Source: an uncultured Flavobacteriales bacterium (GTDB lineage: Bacteria; Bacteroidota; Bacteroidia; Flavobacteriales; UBA7312). Taken from it: a stretch of 48,988 nucleotides of DNA. Every line of letters starts with the position of its first letter. The stretch's first letter is position 1. Of this stretch, positions 1-9,632 are shown piece after piece. Under the pieces are notes generated by a model. That model was not told where the DNA came from and made no database searches. It was given only the letters and a program-made list of their open reading frames with translations. The stretch covers positions 1-48,988 of the forward strand of contig CAJWHN010000004.1 of the NCBI GenBank assembly GCA_913041085.1. The letters are read 5' to 3'. A program made the translations under genes and the position numbers.

Positions 1-2
1 TT

Positions 3-491
3 ACCACATGCCACAAAATTAAATCTATAGAGGCTCTTTCTGAAACAATCATTACTTTTCTTTCTGCTAGATCTGAAGACTATACTCAAATTGCTGGTCT
101 TGATTCGGGAGCGGATGACTATATTACAAAGCCAATTCGACCTCGTCTTTTATTAAGTCGTGTAAATGCTTTACTTAGAAGAAATTCAGAGTTCAATTAT
201 CAAAATTCAATATTAAATATTGGAGATCTTTCTTTAGACTCGGAGAAATTTGTAATAAGATATAAAAATAATGTAATTGACTTAACAAAAAAAGAATTTA
301 CATTATATGAATTACTTCTTTCAAAACCAGGCAAGGTCTTTAAGAGAAAAGAAATTTTAGAAAAAGTATGGGGTAATGATGTAATAATTGGTGATAGAAC
401 TATTGATGTTCATATAAGAAAGATTAGATCAAAAACTAATCCAAATTATATTAAAACAATTAAAGGAGTTGGGTATAAATTTGAATGCTAA
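3..491 (+). CDS. OmpR/PhoB-family response regulator (5'-truncated by window edge)
   Basis: Frame 3 is open from the window start and reads ...ITFLSARSEDYTQIAGLDSGADDYITKPIRPRLLLSRVNALLRR...LTKKEFTLYELL...VWGNDVIIGDRTIDVHIRKIR...IKTIKGVGYKFEC*: receiver C-terminus plus winged helix. Its stop overlaps the kinase ATG (TAATG). Not in the ORF track. Confidence 0.93.
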   Translation, partial: TTCHKIKSIEALSETIITFLSARSEDYTQIAGLDSGADDYITKPIRPRLLLSRVNALLRRNSEFNYQNSILNIGDLSLDSEKFVIRYKNNVIDLTKKEFTLYELLLSKPGKVFKRKEILEKVWGNDVIIGDRTIDVHIRKIRSKTNPNYIKTIKGVGYKFEC

Positions 492-1519
492 TGAAAAAAT
501 ATTCTAATCCAAAATCAATATCTTTATTTTCATCGCTTTTTTTAGCAATTTTAATTTCATTACTATTTCTTATAATTAGTTTTCTTTTTGTAAGTTCTAA
601 CCTAACGAATTTTATAATTATTTTTTTGTTGGTTTTTACTATTTGCTTTGTAACTAATTATCTACTTCTTTCTAAATTTATAAGTGAAAAAGTAAAAGTC
701 ATTTATAAAACTATTCTAAGTCAAAAAGGAGTTTCTGAAAAAATAGAGACCGATTTAGAAAAAGTAAATAATGACGTTTTTAATTTTTTGAATCGCAACA
801 AATCTGAATTAGATGAGTTAAAAAAAATGGAAACATTTAGAAGAGAATTTATTGGGAATATATCTCATGAGCTAAAAACCCCAGTTTTTAATATGCAGGG
901 TTTTATATATACACTTCTAGATGGTGCTGTTAATGATGAAAATGTAAAAATTAAATACTTAGAACGAACTTCAAAATCAATAGATAGAATGATAACTATG
1001 CTAAATGATTTAGATGTAATCACAAGTATTGAGTCTAACAATTACAGTATTGATTTTTCTGATTGGGATATCATTTCATTAATCGAAGAAATATTAGGTC
1101 AACTAGAAATTAAAACTAAATCAAAAAATATTTCAATTAGTTTAGATTTTGATAAAAAGGCACAAGTATATGTTCACGCCGATAGGGATTTAATACATCA
1201 TGTTATGACAAATTTACTAGTGAATTCAATTAATTATGGTAATCTTAATGGCAACACTAAAGTTAGATTGTATGAAATGGGAGATAATATTTTAATTGAA
1301 GTTGCTGATAATGGCATTGGTATTTCTCAAAAACATTTACCACGACTTTTTGAGCGTTTTTTTAGAGTTGATAAATCAAGATCAAGGCAAGCTGGTGGAA
1401 GTGGACTGGGATTATCTATAGTAAAACATATTTTAGAAAGTCATGGCCAAACAATCAATGTAAGAAGTACAGAAGGTATTGGAACAACATTTGGTTTTAC
1501 TCTAAAAAAATCTAATTAA
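491..1519 (+). CDS. PhoR-like sensor histidine kinase
   Basis: Two N-terminal TM helices, H-box (FIGNISHELKTP), N-box (NLLVNSINYG), G1 (DNGIGI), F-box (LFERFFRVD) and G2 (GGSGLGLSIVK). Start set at ATG 491, coupled to the regulator stop. Confidence 0.92.
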   Translation: MKKYSNPKSISLFSSLFLAILISLLFLIISFLFVSSNLTNFIIIFLLVFTICFVTNYLLLSKFISEKVKVIYKTILSQKGVSEKIETDLEKVNNDVFNFLNRNKSELDELKKMETFRREFIGNISHELKTPVFNMQGFIYTLLDGAVNDENVKIKYLERTSKSIDRMITMLNDLDVITSIESNNYSIDFSDWDIISLIEEILGQLEIKTKSKNISISLDFDKKAQVYVHADRDLIHHVMTNLLVNSINYGNLNGNTKVRLYEMGDNILIEVADNGIGISQKHLPRLFERFFRVDKSRSRQAGGSGLGLSIVKHILESHGQTINVRSTEGIGTTFGFTLKKSN

Positions 1520-1538
1520 TACACAAATAGATATCAAA

Positions 1539-1865
1539 TCACTTATCCATTTGATCATCTCTTGGAACTTTTACTTCAATTTTTGCTTTTGGATTTCTTT
1601 GTGACATAAATTGAGCAATTTTTTTTGTCATTTCGTCATAAACAGCTGAATATTGTATTAAACTAACTTCCATAATAAAATTTCCAGCAGAGTATTCGTA
1701 TTCCATTGGTCCAATCCTAGCAACAGCATGATTATTATAAAAAACTTCGTTCGCTTTAACTGTAAATTTTTCATATTCATCAGAAGGTAAATATGTAAGG
1801 GAATTACATGATGTAATCAAAAGAAAAGCGACTGATAGGTTTAAATACTTCAAATAATTTTTCAT
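1539..1865 (-). CDS. hypothetical lipoprotein
   Basis: 108 aa. Basic N-terminus, hydrophobic stretch and lipobox-like LITSC. ATG overlaps the glycosyltransferase stop (TAATG). Confidence 0.75.
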   Translation of the reverse strand: MKNYLKYLNLSVAFLLITSCNSLTYLPSDEYEKFTVKANEVFYNNHAVARIGPMEYEYSAGNFIMEVSLIQYSAVYDEMTKKIAQFMSQRNPKAKIEVKVPRDDQMDK

Positions 1866-2932
1866 TATGCTAAGTTATAAATTTTATTAAATACTTCAAA
1901 AATATTTTTCCAATCTGTATTATCAATTTTGGCTTTAAATCCATTAAACTCTGAACTTCTAATCAAAGCATTTTTTATATTAAAATCTTTTTGATGTGTA
2001 GCAAAAGCCACATTTTTATCGTAAAAGTATTTTGCTAAATAAAGCTGTTCTGTTTGTCCTGGGGTTGGCACAAAAATGGCTTTTTTATGCAGTTTGGCAA
2101 TATCCATTACTGTAGAATAACCAGAACGACTAATGACAACATTAGCATTGACCATTTGCTGATTTAGTGACTTGGCGTTGAGGTGGCTAATCACCTTTAA
2201 ATTTCCTATTTCTTCTTCCTTATTTTCTTCTGTTTTACCTAAAACTAATACCGCTTTAAACTTAGAGGCTATTAACTGTTTTCTAAGTAACTCTTCAAAC
2301 ATACTACGTTGAGGCTCTGGACCAGAGACAATGGCTAGAACATCTAACTCTTCTGTTTTTTCTAGGCTCTCAAAACGAGATAAAGCACCGATATATTGGC
2401 ATTTGAAAGGACTCTTATTAGCTTTTGAAAGCTGACCGCTTAACTGATGTGTGTCAGAGTCGGGCACCCAACACTCATCAAATTTTTGAATGTATTTGAA
2501 GTTAATTTTTTGTAAGTTTTCAGAGAATATGGGTGATTGTATTTGCAGTTGATGCGTCACAAATACGCAAGGCACTTTTTTGGAGTATAAGCCATAACGG
2601 TTGTCCGAAATCACGCCATCAATGTTGTAATCATCAATAATTTGTTGCAATTGTTTGTGTTCTTGGCGAATACCTTTCCAAATTTTAAACAATTGACTCA
2701 GCATACTCAGAGCCATTTGTCCATTTTTAGGGTAGCTAATATTATAACCCTCTAACTTTATGAAATCATTTCTTGGAAACTCTTGAATAAGCAGTTCTAA
2801 AGGTCTTCCACTAGCGGCAAATACTACTTCATAGCCTTCTTTTTCTAAGGCCTTAGCAATAGGAACGCATCGACTAGCGTGTCCCAATCCCCAATCCAAT
2901 GGAGCTACAAGTATTCGCTTTTTAGAATTCAC
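1865..2932 (-). CDS. GT-B glycosyltransferase (GT28 C-terminal / MJ1255-like)
   Basis: LDWGLGHASRC N-terminal motif, ISDNRYG, and ISRSGYSTVMD...PTPGQTEQ donor-binding motif. Start moved to GTG 2932 to remove the overlap with trmB; a TACTTTCG promoter-like element lies 4 nt upstream. Confidence 0.85.
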   Translation of the reverse strand: MNSKKRILVAPLDWGLGHASRCVPIAKALEKEGYEVVFAASGRPLELLIQEFPRNDFIKLEGYNISYPKNGQMALSMLSQLFKIWKGIRQEHKQLQQIIDDYNIDGVISDNRYGLYSKKVPCVFVTHQLQIQSPIFSENLQKINFKYIQKFDECWVPDSDTHQLSGQLSKANKSPFKCQYIGALSRFESLEKTEELDVLAIVSGPEPQRSMFEELLRKQLIASKFKAVLVLGKTEENKEEEIGNLKVISHLNAKSLNQQMVNANVVISRSGYSTVMDIAKLHKKAIFVPTPGQTEQLYLAKYFYDKNVAFATHQKDFNIKNALIRSSEFNGFKAKIDNTDWKNIFEVFNKIYNLA

Positions 2933-2958
2933 GCTTCGAAAGTACTTAAAAATTGACC

Positions 2959-2966
2959 TATTTTTG
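2959..2966 (+). promoter_or_regulatory. Bacteroidota primary-sigma -7 element (TATTTTTG) for trmB
   Basis: Exact TAnnTTTG match in the 50-bp divergent gap between the glycosyltransferase and trmB. Confidence 0.6.
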
Positions 2967-2982
2967 CATAAAATTTTTAGCA

Positions 2983-3651
2983 TTGGCAAAGAACAAACTC
3001 CGTAAGTTTTCTCAAATGGCAGAATACCCTAATGTCTTTCAGCCTACATTTGAAGAATTAAAATCAGGCTTTTCAATACAAGGCAAGTGGAAGCCTGAAG
3101 TATTTAAAAACGACAATCCATTAGTTGTAGAATTGGGCTGTGGGAAAGGCGAATATTCGGTGGGTTTGGCCAAAAAATATCCTGAAAAAAACTTTTTGGG
3201 TATAGATGTTAAAGGGGCACGTATGTGGAAAGGGGCAAGTGATGCGGTACATGAATGCATATCTAATGTAGCTTTTTTAAGAACACGTATAGAATTTATA
3301 GAATACTGTTTTGCTAATAGTGAAGTCGATGAAATCTGGATTACTTTTCCAGACCCCCAAATCAAAAAGAAAAGAGCAAAAAATAGATTGACACACCCCG
3401 TATTTTTAGAACGTTATTCCAATATTTTACAGGACAAGGGATTGATTCATCTAAAAACTGACAGCCAATTTTTACACGGGTATACATTAGGAATTATTGA
3501 AGGTCATCAGCACCACTTAGAAGATGCTGAACACGATATTTACAATGCTGTTTTGCAGAGGGATAACATGGAGATTAAAACCCATTACGAGCAATTATTC
3601 CTAGAAAAAAACATGCCTATTACCTATTTGAGGTTTAGGTTGAAAAGTTAA
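2983..3651 (+). CDS. trmB: tRNA (guanine-N7)-methyltransferase
   Basis: VELGCGKG SAM motif, ITFPDPQ, LKTD and TxYE. Probable TTG start giving MAKNKLRKF. Confidence 0.95.
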   Translation: MAKNKLRKFSQMAEYPNVFQPTFEELKSGFSIQGKWKPEVFKNDNPLVVELGCGKGEYSVGLAKKYPEKNFLGIDVKGARMWKGASDAVHECISNVAFLRTRIEFIEYCFANSEVDEIWITFPDPQIKKKRAKNRLTHPVFLERYSNILQDKGLIHLKTDSQFLHGYTLGIIEGHQHHLEDAEHDIYNAVLQRDNMEIKTHYEQLFLEKNMPITYLRFRLKS

Positions 3652-3658
3652 CTTAATA

Positions 3659-3985
3659 ATGCTATTAAATAATTTTTTCTCTAAAGTGTATGAGGTCGTT
3701 ATTCAAATTCCTGAAGGACGAGTGACGAGCTATGGTGCCATTGCCAATTATTTAGGGAGCCCACAATCTGCGCGTATGGTTGGCTGGGCACTAAACAAAG
3801 TCAATACATTTGAAATACCTGCTCATAGAGTAGTTAATAAGCAAGGTTTACTTACTGGCAAATTCCATTTTGATGGTGTCACTCTAATGCAACAACTTTT
3901 AGAAAATGAAGCTATTGAGGTTCTCGACAATCAAATTCATGACTTAAAAAAAGTCTTTTGGGACCCTAGTAAAGAATTAAGTTGA
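3659..3985 (+). CDS. MGMT-family alkyltransferase-like (ATL) protein
   Basis: IPEGRVTSYGAIA...ARMVGWAL helix-turn-helix; the active-site motif reads PAHRVV instead of PCHRV. Confidence 0.88.
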   Translation: MLLNNFFSKVYEVVIQIPEGRVTSYGAIANYLGSPQSARMVGWALNKVNTFEIPAHRVVNKQGLLTGKFHFDGVTLMQQLLENEAIEVLDNQIHDLKKVFWDPSKELS

Positions 3986-4012
3986 ATCATTCTAAATAAA
4001 GCAGCAATTACG

Positions 4013-4020
4013 TATCTTTG
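4013..4020 (+). promoter_or_regulatory. -7 promoter element (TATCTTTG) for the mrp-nfu-korAB run
   Basis: Exact TAnnTTTG match 6 nt before ATG 4027. Confidence 0.6.
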
Positions 4021-4026
4021 TTCCCG

Positions 4027-5151
4027 ATGAAAATAAGTAATGAACAAGTTTTAAAAGCTCTTTCTACTTTTACTCTTCCTGGTGGTGGTAAGGACTTGGT
4101 TTCGGCTAATGCAATTCGTAATATCCAAATCTTTGGTAAAGAGGTTTTGTTGGATATAGTTATTGATAACCCAACACTTCAATACAAAAAGAAAGTGGAG
4201 GTAGATTGTATTAAAGCTATCCATCAGCACGTCTATGAAAAAGCCGATGTAATGGTCAATATCATTGTAGAAGCCCCTGAAAAAAAATCCAATATAATAA
4301 GGGGTAATGAAATACCAGGTGTAAAAAATATAATTGCTATTGCTTCAGGAAAAGGTGGTGTTGGAAAATCTACTGTCACCGCAAATTTGGCTGTAGCACT
4401 TGCCGATAAAGGTTATAAAGTAGGTTTAGTCGATGCCGATATTTATGGACCTTCTATGCCTATTATGTTTGATGTGGTTAAAGCCAAGCCTAATGGTAGA
4501 GAGGTGGACGGTAAACGAAAAATCTTACCAGTAGAAAGTTACGGTGTAAAGTTATTATCCATTGGATTTTTTGCCAACACTGACCAAGCTGTAGTTTGGC
4601 GTGGTGCTATGGCGTCCAAGGCTTTGAATCAAATGCTTTGGGATACCGATTGGGGCGACTTAGACTACATGCTTATAGACTTGCCACCCGGTACTGGTGA
4701 TATCCATTTGTCCTTGGTGCAGTCTATACCTGTTGGTGCTGCAGTTGTCGTTAGTACTCCTCAAAATATTGCATTGGCTGATGCCCGTAAAGGAGTGGCT
4801 ATGTTCCAAATGGACTCCATCAATGTTCCTGTACTTGGTATAGTAGAAAATATGTCATTTTTCACGCCACAAGAATTACCGAATAATAAATATTATATCT
4901 TTGGTCAGGAAGGGGCTAGAGTACTAGCTGAAAAACTAGAGCTCCCTTTATTAGCTGAAATACCACTAGTGCAAAGCGTTAGAGAAGCCGCTGACGCTGG
5001 TCGCCCTGCTGTTTTGCAAGGTTCAACACCAGCAGCCATTGCCTTTTTAGATTTTGCTGATAAAGTAGTGGAGGAAATGAATAAAAGAAACCAATTAGAT
5101 GCAACTAAACGTGTTGAAATTACAAACACTAACGGTTGTTCAACAAATTAA
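4027..5151 (+). CDS. mrp: Mrp/NBP35 (ApbC) Fe-S cluster carrier ATPase
   Basis: N-terminal FeS-assembly-P-like domain, deviant Walker A SGKGGVGKS, DADIYGPS, DLPPGTGD and GIVENMS. Confidence 0.93.
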   Translation: MKISNEQVLKALSTFTLPGGGKDLVSANAIRNIQIFGKEVLLDIVIDNPTLQYKKKVEVDCIKAIHQHVYEKADVMVNIIVEAPEKKSNIIRGNEIPGVKNIIAIASGKGGVGKSTVTANLAVALADKGYKVGLVDADIYGPSMPIMFDVVKAKPNGREVDGKRKILPVESYGVKLLSIGFFANTDQAVVWRGAMASKALNQMLWDTDWGDLDYMLIDLPPGTGDIHLSLVQSIPVGAAVVVSTPQNIALADARKGVAMFQMDSINVPVLGIVENMSFFTPQELPNNKYYIFGQEGARVLAEKLELPLLAEIPLVQSVREAADAGRPAVLQGSTPAAIAFLDFADKVVEEMNKRNQLDATKRVEITNTNGCSTN

Positions 5152-5153
5152 AA

Positions 5154-5414
5154 ATGGGAATAATAACTGATTCAACAGTAATTAATAAAATAGAAGATGC
5201 CTTAGCACAAGTTCGCCCCTTTTTGGAATCGGATGGTGGTGATATACGTCTTATTGAGGTTACTGACGATTACATAGTAAAAGTAAAATTACTTGGCGCA
5301 TGCAGCGAATGTCAAGTCAGTATGATGACTTTAAAAGCTGGTGTTGAACAAGCTGTCAAAAAGGTTCTTCCTGAAGTTCAGAAAGTAGTTGATATTGATA
5401 AATTAGAGGATTAA
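5154..5414 (+). CDS. NifU C-terminal domain (Nfu-type) Fe-S carrier
   Basis: VRPFLESDGGD...LLGACSEC (CxxC)...TLKAGVE. Confidence 0.92.
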   Translation: MGIITDSTVINKIEDALAQVRPFLESDGGDIRLIEVTDDYIVKVKLLGACSECQVSMMTLKAGVEQAVKKVLPEVQKVVDIDKLED

Positions 5415-7252
5415 TGACTCAAGAAACAGTAGAAAAAGTAGTTATTTTCTTCGCTGGTGATTCAGGAGATGGAATTCAATTAACAGGCTCGCAGTTTACT
5501 AATACCGCCGCTTTGTATGGTAATGACCTCAGTACATTTCCTGATTTTCCCGCTGAGATACGAGCCCCCCAAGGCACATTGGCTGGAGTGTCAGGTTTCC
5601 AAATATCTTTTGGAAGTACTGAAATATTTACGCCTGGTGATGAATGCGATGTCTTGGTCGTAATGAATGTGGCAGCACTAAAAGCCAACCTCAAGCGATT
5701 GAAAAAAGGAGGAGCAATTATCCTCAATACCGATGGTTTTGATAAAAGAAATTTGCGTCTAGCTGGTTTTGCTGATGATGAAAATCCATTAACAGACAAT
5801 TCTCTTGCAGATTATAGAGTAAGCGAAATGAATGTCACTAAGCTAACACGAGAATGTTTAGTCGATGTTACATTGGGTGTCAAAGAAAAAGACCGCTGTA
5901 AAAATATGTTTGTCCTCGGTTTTGTCTATTGGATGTATAACCGTTCTTTGGAGCATACCATAGATTTCTTAAAACAGAAATTCAATAGTAAACCAGATGT
6001 ATTAGAGGCCAATACTAGAGTACTTAAAGCCGGATATAATTTTGCTAATACTTGTGAAATATCAAGTAGTAGGTTTGACGTTAAACCTGCAAAAATGGCA
6101 TCAGGAACTTACCGCAACATAATGGGTAATCAAGCTACGGCTATGGGTCTTATTGCTGCCTCTCAGCAGTCAGGTCTTGACTTATTTTATGGGTCGTATC
6201 CTATTACTCCAGCATCTGATATCTTACACGAATTGGCCAAACATAAAAACTTTAGTGTACGTTCTTTCCAAGCCGAAGATGAAATAGCGGCTGTAAGTGC
6301 AAGTATAGGAGCATCTTTTGGAGGTGCTTTAGGAGTTACAGCAACATCTGGTCCTGGTGTAGCTTTAAAAGGCGAAGCTATAGGTTTGGCTTTTATGCTA
6401 GAGTTACCCTTAATTATTGTTAATGTACAAAGAGGCGGGCCTTCAACGGGTTTGCCAACCAAAACAGAACAAGCCGATTTGTTACAAGCTATGTATGGTA
6501 GAAATGGTGAAGCACCTGTGCCAGTCATTTCTGCAAGTACGCCATCGGATTGTTTTGAGGCTACTTTAGATGCCTGTCGCATTGCAATAGAACACATGAC
6601 ACCTGTATTCTTCTTATCTGACGGATATATTGCTAATGGTGCAGAACCTTGGTTATTTCCTCAGTCTAAAGACCTTCAGTCTATAAAGGTACCGATGACT
6701 AAAAAAGAAAATACCGATTATTTGCCCTATAAAAGAGATGATAAATTAGTTAGAGAATGGGCTATCCCTGGTATGTCAGGTTTAGAACATAGAGTAGGGG
6801 GCTTAGAAAAAGAAGATTTGACGGGCAATGTTTCTTACGACTCTGGCAACCACGAATTAATGGTGAAAACTAGAGCCGAAAAAGTGGAACGTATAGCTGA
6901 TTTCATTCCAAATCAGGAGTTAGATGCTGGTTCAGAAAAAGCTACAGTTTTGGTTTTAGCTTGGGGTTCAACTTATGGTGCAATAAAAACAGCAGTCAAA
7001 GAATTATTGGCTGAAGGATATTCAGTAGCTCATGCTCATTTGCGTTATATCAATCCGTTTCCTAAAAATTTAGAAAGTCTAATACGGGCTTACGACAAGG
7101 TTCTAATACCAGAAATAAATAACGGTCAGTTGATAAAACTGATACGTGATAAGTACGTTATAGATGCTATTCCAATGAATAAAATTCAGGGAATACCATT
7201 TGAAGCAAGAGAAATTAAAAACCGAATTATTGAATTGCACGATGGAGAATAA
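5414..7252 (+). CDS. korA: 2-oxoacid:ferredoxin oxidoreductase alpha subunit (gamma-alpha fusion)
   Basis: [14 protein letters not shown]-terminal gamma domain, [18 protein letters not shown] and [11 protein letters not shown]. Substrate (2-oxoglutarate or broader) is not determinable from motifs. Confidence 0.92.
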   Translation: MTQETVEKVVIFFAGDSGDGIQLTGSQFTNTAALYGNDLSTFPDFPAEIRAPQGTLAGVSGFQISFGSTEIFTPGDECDVLVVMNVAALKANLKRLKKGGAIILNTDGFDKRNLRLAGFADDENPLTDNSLADYRVSEMNVTKLTRECLVDVTLGVKEKDRCKNMFVLGFVYWMYNRSLEHTIDFLKQKFNSKPDVLEANTRVLKAGYNFANTCEISSSRFDVKPAKMASGTYRNIMGNQATAMGLIAASQQSGLDLFYGSYPITPASDILHELAKHKNFSVRSFQAEDEIAAVSASIGASFGGALGVTATSGPGVALKGEAIGLAFMLELPLIIVNVQRGGPSTGLPTKTEQADLLQAMYGRNGEAPVPVISASTPSDCFEATLDACRIAIEHMTPVFFLSDGYIANGAEPWLFPQSKDLQSIKVPMTKKENTDYLPYKRDDKLVREWAIPGMSGLEHRVGGLEKEDLTGNVSYDSGNHELMVKTRAEKVERIADFIPNQELDAGSEKATVLVLAWGSTYGAIKTAVKELLAEGYSVAHAHLRYINPFPKNLESLIRAYDKVLIPEINNGQLIKLIRDKYVIDAIPMNKIQGIPFEAREIKNRIIELHDGE

Positions 7253-8243
7253 GGTATATACAGCAAAAGATTTTTCTTCTGATCAAGAAGTACGTTGGTG
7301 TCCTGGTTGTGGGGATTATTCCATATTAAAACAAGTGCAGTCGGTAATGCCAGAAATCAACGTGCCTAAAGAAGATATTGTATTCATTTCAGGAATAGGC
7401 TGTTCTTCTCGTTTCCCGTATTATATGGAAACCTTTGGTATGCATTCTATTCATGGTAGAGCAACGGCTATAGCAAGTGGACTAAAAGCAGCACGTCCCG
7501 ATTTGAGTGTTTGGATAATTACCGGTGATGGTGATTCACTATCAATTGGTGGTAATCACTTGATTCATCTTCTAAGAAGAAATTTTGATACCAATGTCTT
7601 GTTGTTCAATAATCAGATTTATGGATTAACTAAAGGACAATATTCGCCAACTTCCGAAAAAGGTAAAAAGACAAAGTCTACGCCAATGGGGTCGATAGAC
7701 CACCCTTTTAACCCATTAGCCTTGTGTATGGGTGCTGATGCAACCTTTATTGCAAGAACAATGGATAGAGATCCTAAGCACATGCGAGAAATGTTAATGC
7801 GTTCTAATAATCATAAGGGCACTTCTTTACTAGAGATATATCAAAATTGTAATGTCTTTAATGATGGGGCATTTTTTGGCATGACAGATAAAGCCACAAA
7901 AATGAATCAAACCCTGTTTTTAGAACACGGACAACCTTTAGTATTTGGAGAAAATAAAGACAAAGGTATTCGTTTGGATGGCTTTAAGCCTATCATTGTT
8001 TCATTAGAGGATTGCTCTATTGATGAGTTGTGGATTCACAATGAAAAAGATAGAGTCAAAGCAGGTTTGCTAACACGTTTCTTTGATGCTGATTTCCCAC
8101 GTCCTTTTGGGGTATTTTATTCTGAAGATAGACCAACCTACGAAGATGCTTTGGTACAACAAATTGACGATGCTATGCAGCAAAAGGGCCAAGGTAATTT
8201 GGACGATTTACTTAAAGGGTCTAACACTTGGACAATCGACTAA
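7242..8243 (+). CDS. korB: 2-oxoacid:ferredoxin oxidoreductase beta subunit
   Basis: [19 protein letters not shown] and the TPP motif GDGD...[11 protein letters not shown]. Confidence 0.92.
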   Translation: MENKVYTAKDFSSDQEVRWCPGCGDYSILKQVQSVMPEINVPKEDIVFISGIGCSSRFPYYMETFGMHSIHGRATAIASGLKAARPDLSVWIITGDGDSLSIGGNHLIHLLRRNFDTNVLLFNNQIYGLTKGQYSPTSEKGKKTKSTPMGSIDHPFNPLALCMGADATFIARTMDRDPKHMREMLMRSNNHKGTSLLEIYQNCNVFNDGAFFGMTDKATKMNQTLFLEHGQPLVFGENKDKGIRLDGFKPIIVSLEDCSIDELWIHNEKDRVKAGLLTRFFDADFPRPFGVFYSEDRPTYEDALVQQIDDAMQQKGQGNLDDLLKGSNTWTID

Positions 8244-8789
8244 AAATCGAATTTAGCACTAAAACGGACTGTTAGTCCTATTTGTCCAAACAAGGAAGTC
8301 ACTTCGTATTTTTCATCAAGATAATTCAGTCTTTTTATTAAATCTACTCTAAAGAATTTGAGAATATTAGTTACTCCTATGCTTGCCTCAATATAGAGGT
8401 TGCCGTTAAGGATATGAGTAGTCGCTTTACCATTAGAGTCTGTAGGAAGTTGTAGTAAACTGTTATCCATATTAGGATTGTTGGTGTCAGTTAGTTTGCC
8501 TAATAGTGCCTTGACGCCTACGACTTCTCTTATCTTGAGGTGTTTAAGTTAGGGCAACTTGTTAAAGATAGCGTCTTTAAAAAAATGAGACCACCTTAGA
8601 CTAAGGTATTCATCATTTATAAACTCCATAAAATTCATGGTGTTAAAAGCCTCTTTTTGATAGCCTAAAGATTGATTAGCAGTAGGGATTTGTAACAATG
8701 GAAATGGTGCTTTGCCGTATAGAGTAGGAAGAACTTAACACTAAAAATAAGAGTAAAATGGTTTTGAAAGCTAATTGATGTTTTTTCAT
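8240..8789 (-). pseudogene. collapsed remnant of a DUF5686-like outer-membrane protein gene
   Basis: ATG 8789 encodes a signal peptide (MKKHQLAFKTILLLFLVLSSSYS). Near 8720 this joins out of frame to YGKAPFPLLQIPTANQSLGYQKEAFNTMNFMEFINDEY...IFNKLP*LKHLKIRE...YIEASIGVTNILKFFRVDLIKRLNYLD...F. In-frame TAA at 8549-8551. Family assigned from recalled C-terminal motifs. Confidence 0.78.
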
Positions 8790-8817
8790 TTAAAGGGCTT
8801 TGAGGGAGTCTATTTCA

Positions 8818-9597
8818 TCATTTCAAATGATTGGGTATTTCACAAATTGGTATGGGTATCATCTTGTGTTTATTAGATTTATTTAAGCGGTTGTAAATAT
8901 CTAAAACTTCTTGCTGACGTTCGTTTAAAGCATCAGTATTTCCTTCAAAACCCATAGCCCACTCTAGTTCTGGATAAGTTGCACCAATTTGGTCTTCATC
9001 TGATCTATTATCACCCCACAAACCATCGGTTGGTTCAGCTGTAAGTATAGAGTTTATTATGCCAATTTCTTTGCCGATTTCAAAAACTTCAGATTTTAGT
9101 AAATCTGCAATAGGACTTAAATCTACTCCGCCATCACCATATTTGGTGTAAAAACCAATGCCGAAATCTTCTACTTTATTGCCTGTTCCTGCCACTAAAT
9201 AATTATTGAGTTGTGCATGATAGTACAATGTGGTCATTCTTAGCCTAGCTCTAGAATTGACTAATGCCATTTGATGGCTATCCCCTTGATTATCTTTACC
9301 AACAGTTTGTTTAAAACAGTCGTAAGTTTCCCCCAAGTCAATACGTAAAGAAGATACCTTGTTAAAGTTTTCTTTTAGCCAATTTATATGCTCGTTGGCT
9401 CTGTTGACTTGATTAATTTCTTGGTGAATAGGCATTTCTAAGCATAAGACCTCTAGTCCTGTTTTGGCGGCTAAAGTTGAAGTTACTGCAGAGTCAATTC
9501 CACCTGAAACACCAACCACAAATCCTCTCGTCTTAGATTGTTTTGAGTAGTTCAAAAGCCAATCTGTGATGTAATTAACGCATTCTTTTGTTTGCAT
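8818..9597 (-). CDS. nadE: NH3-dependent NAD+ synthetase
   Basis: GVSGGIDS, ARLRM, GTGNKVE, TKYGDGG and PTDGLW; no glutaminase domain. Confidence 0.95.
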   Translation of the reverse strand: MQTKECVNYITDWLLNYSKQSKTRGFVVGVSGGIDSAVTSTLAAKTGLEVLCLEMPIHQEINQVNRANEHINWLKENFNKVSSLRIDLGETYDCFKQTVGKDNQGDSHQMALVNSRARLRMTTLYYHAQLNNYLVAGTGNKVEDFGIGFYTKYGDGGVDLSPIADLLKSEVFEIGKEIGIINSILTAEPTDGLWGDNRSDEDQIGATYPELEWAMGFEGNTDALNERQQEVLDIYNRLNKSNKHKMIPIPICEIPNHLK

Positions 9598-9604
9598 AGC
9601 AGTA

Positions 9605-9628
9605 CAAAGGTAATAAATCGTAATTTTA
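9605..9628. promoter_or_regulatory. back-to-back -7 elements for nadE (TACCTTTG, minus strand) and gldB (TAATTTTA, plus strand)
   Basis: 9605-9612 on the minus strand is an exact TAnnTTTG, 7 nt before the nadE ATG. 9621-9628 has one mismatch and lies 4 nt before the gldB ATG. Confidence 0.55.
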
Positions 9629-9632
9629 CATC

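Noticed and set aside
8240-8470. 76-aa ORF as a stand-alone gene
   Set aside because: The reading frame continues upstream through a stop codon with family-like sequence, so it is the tail of the 8240-8789 pseudogene.
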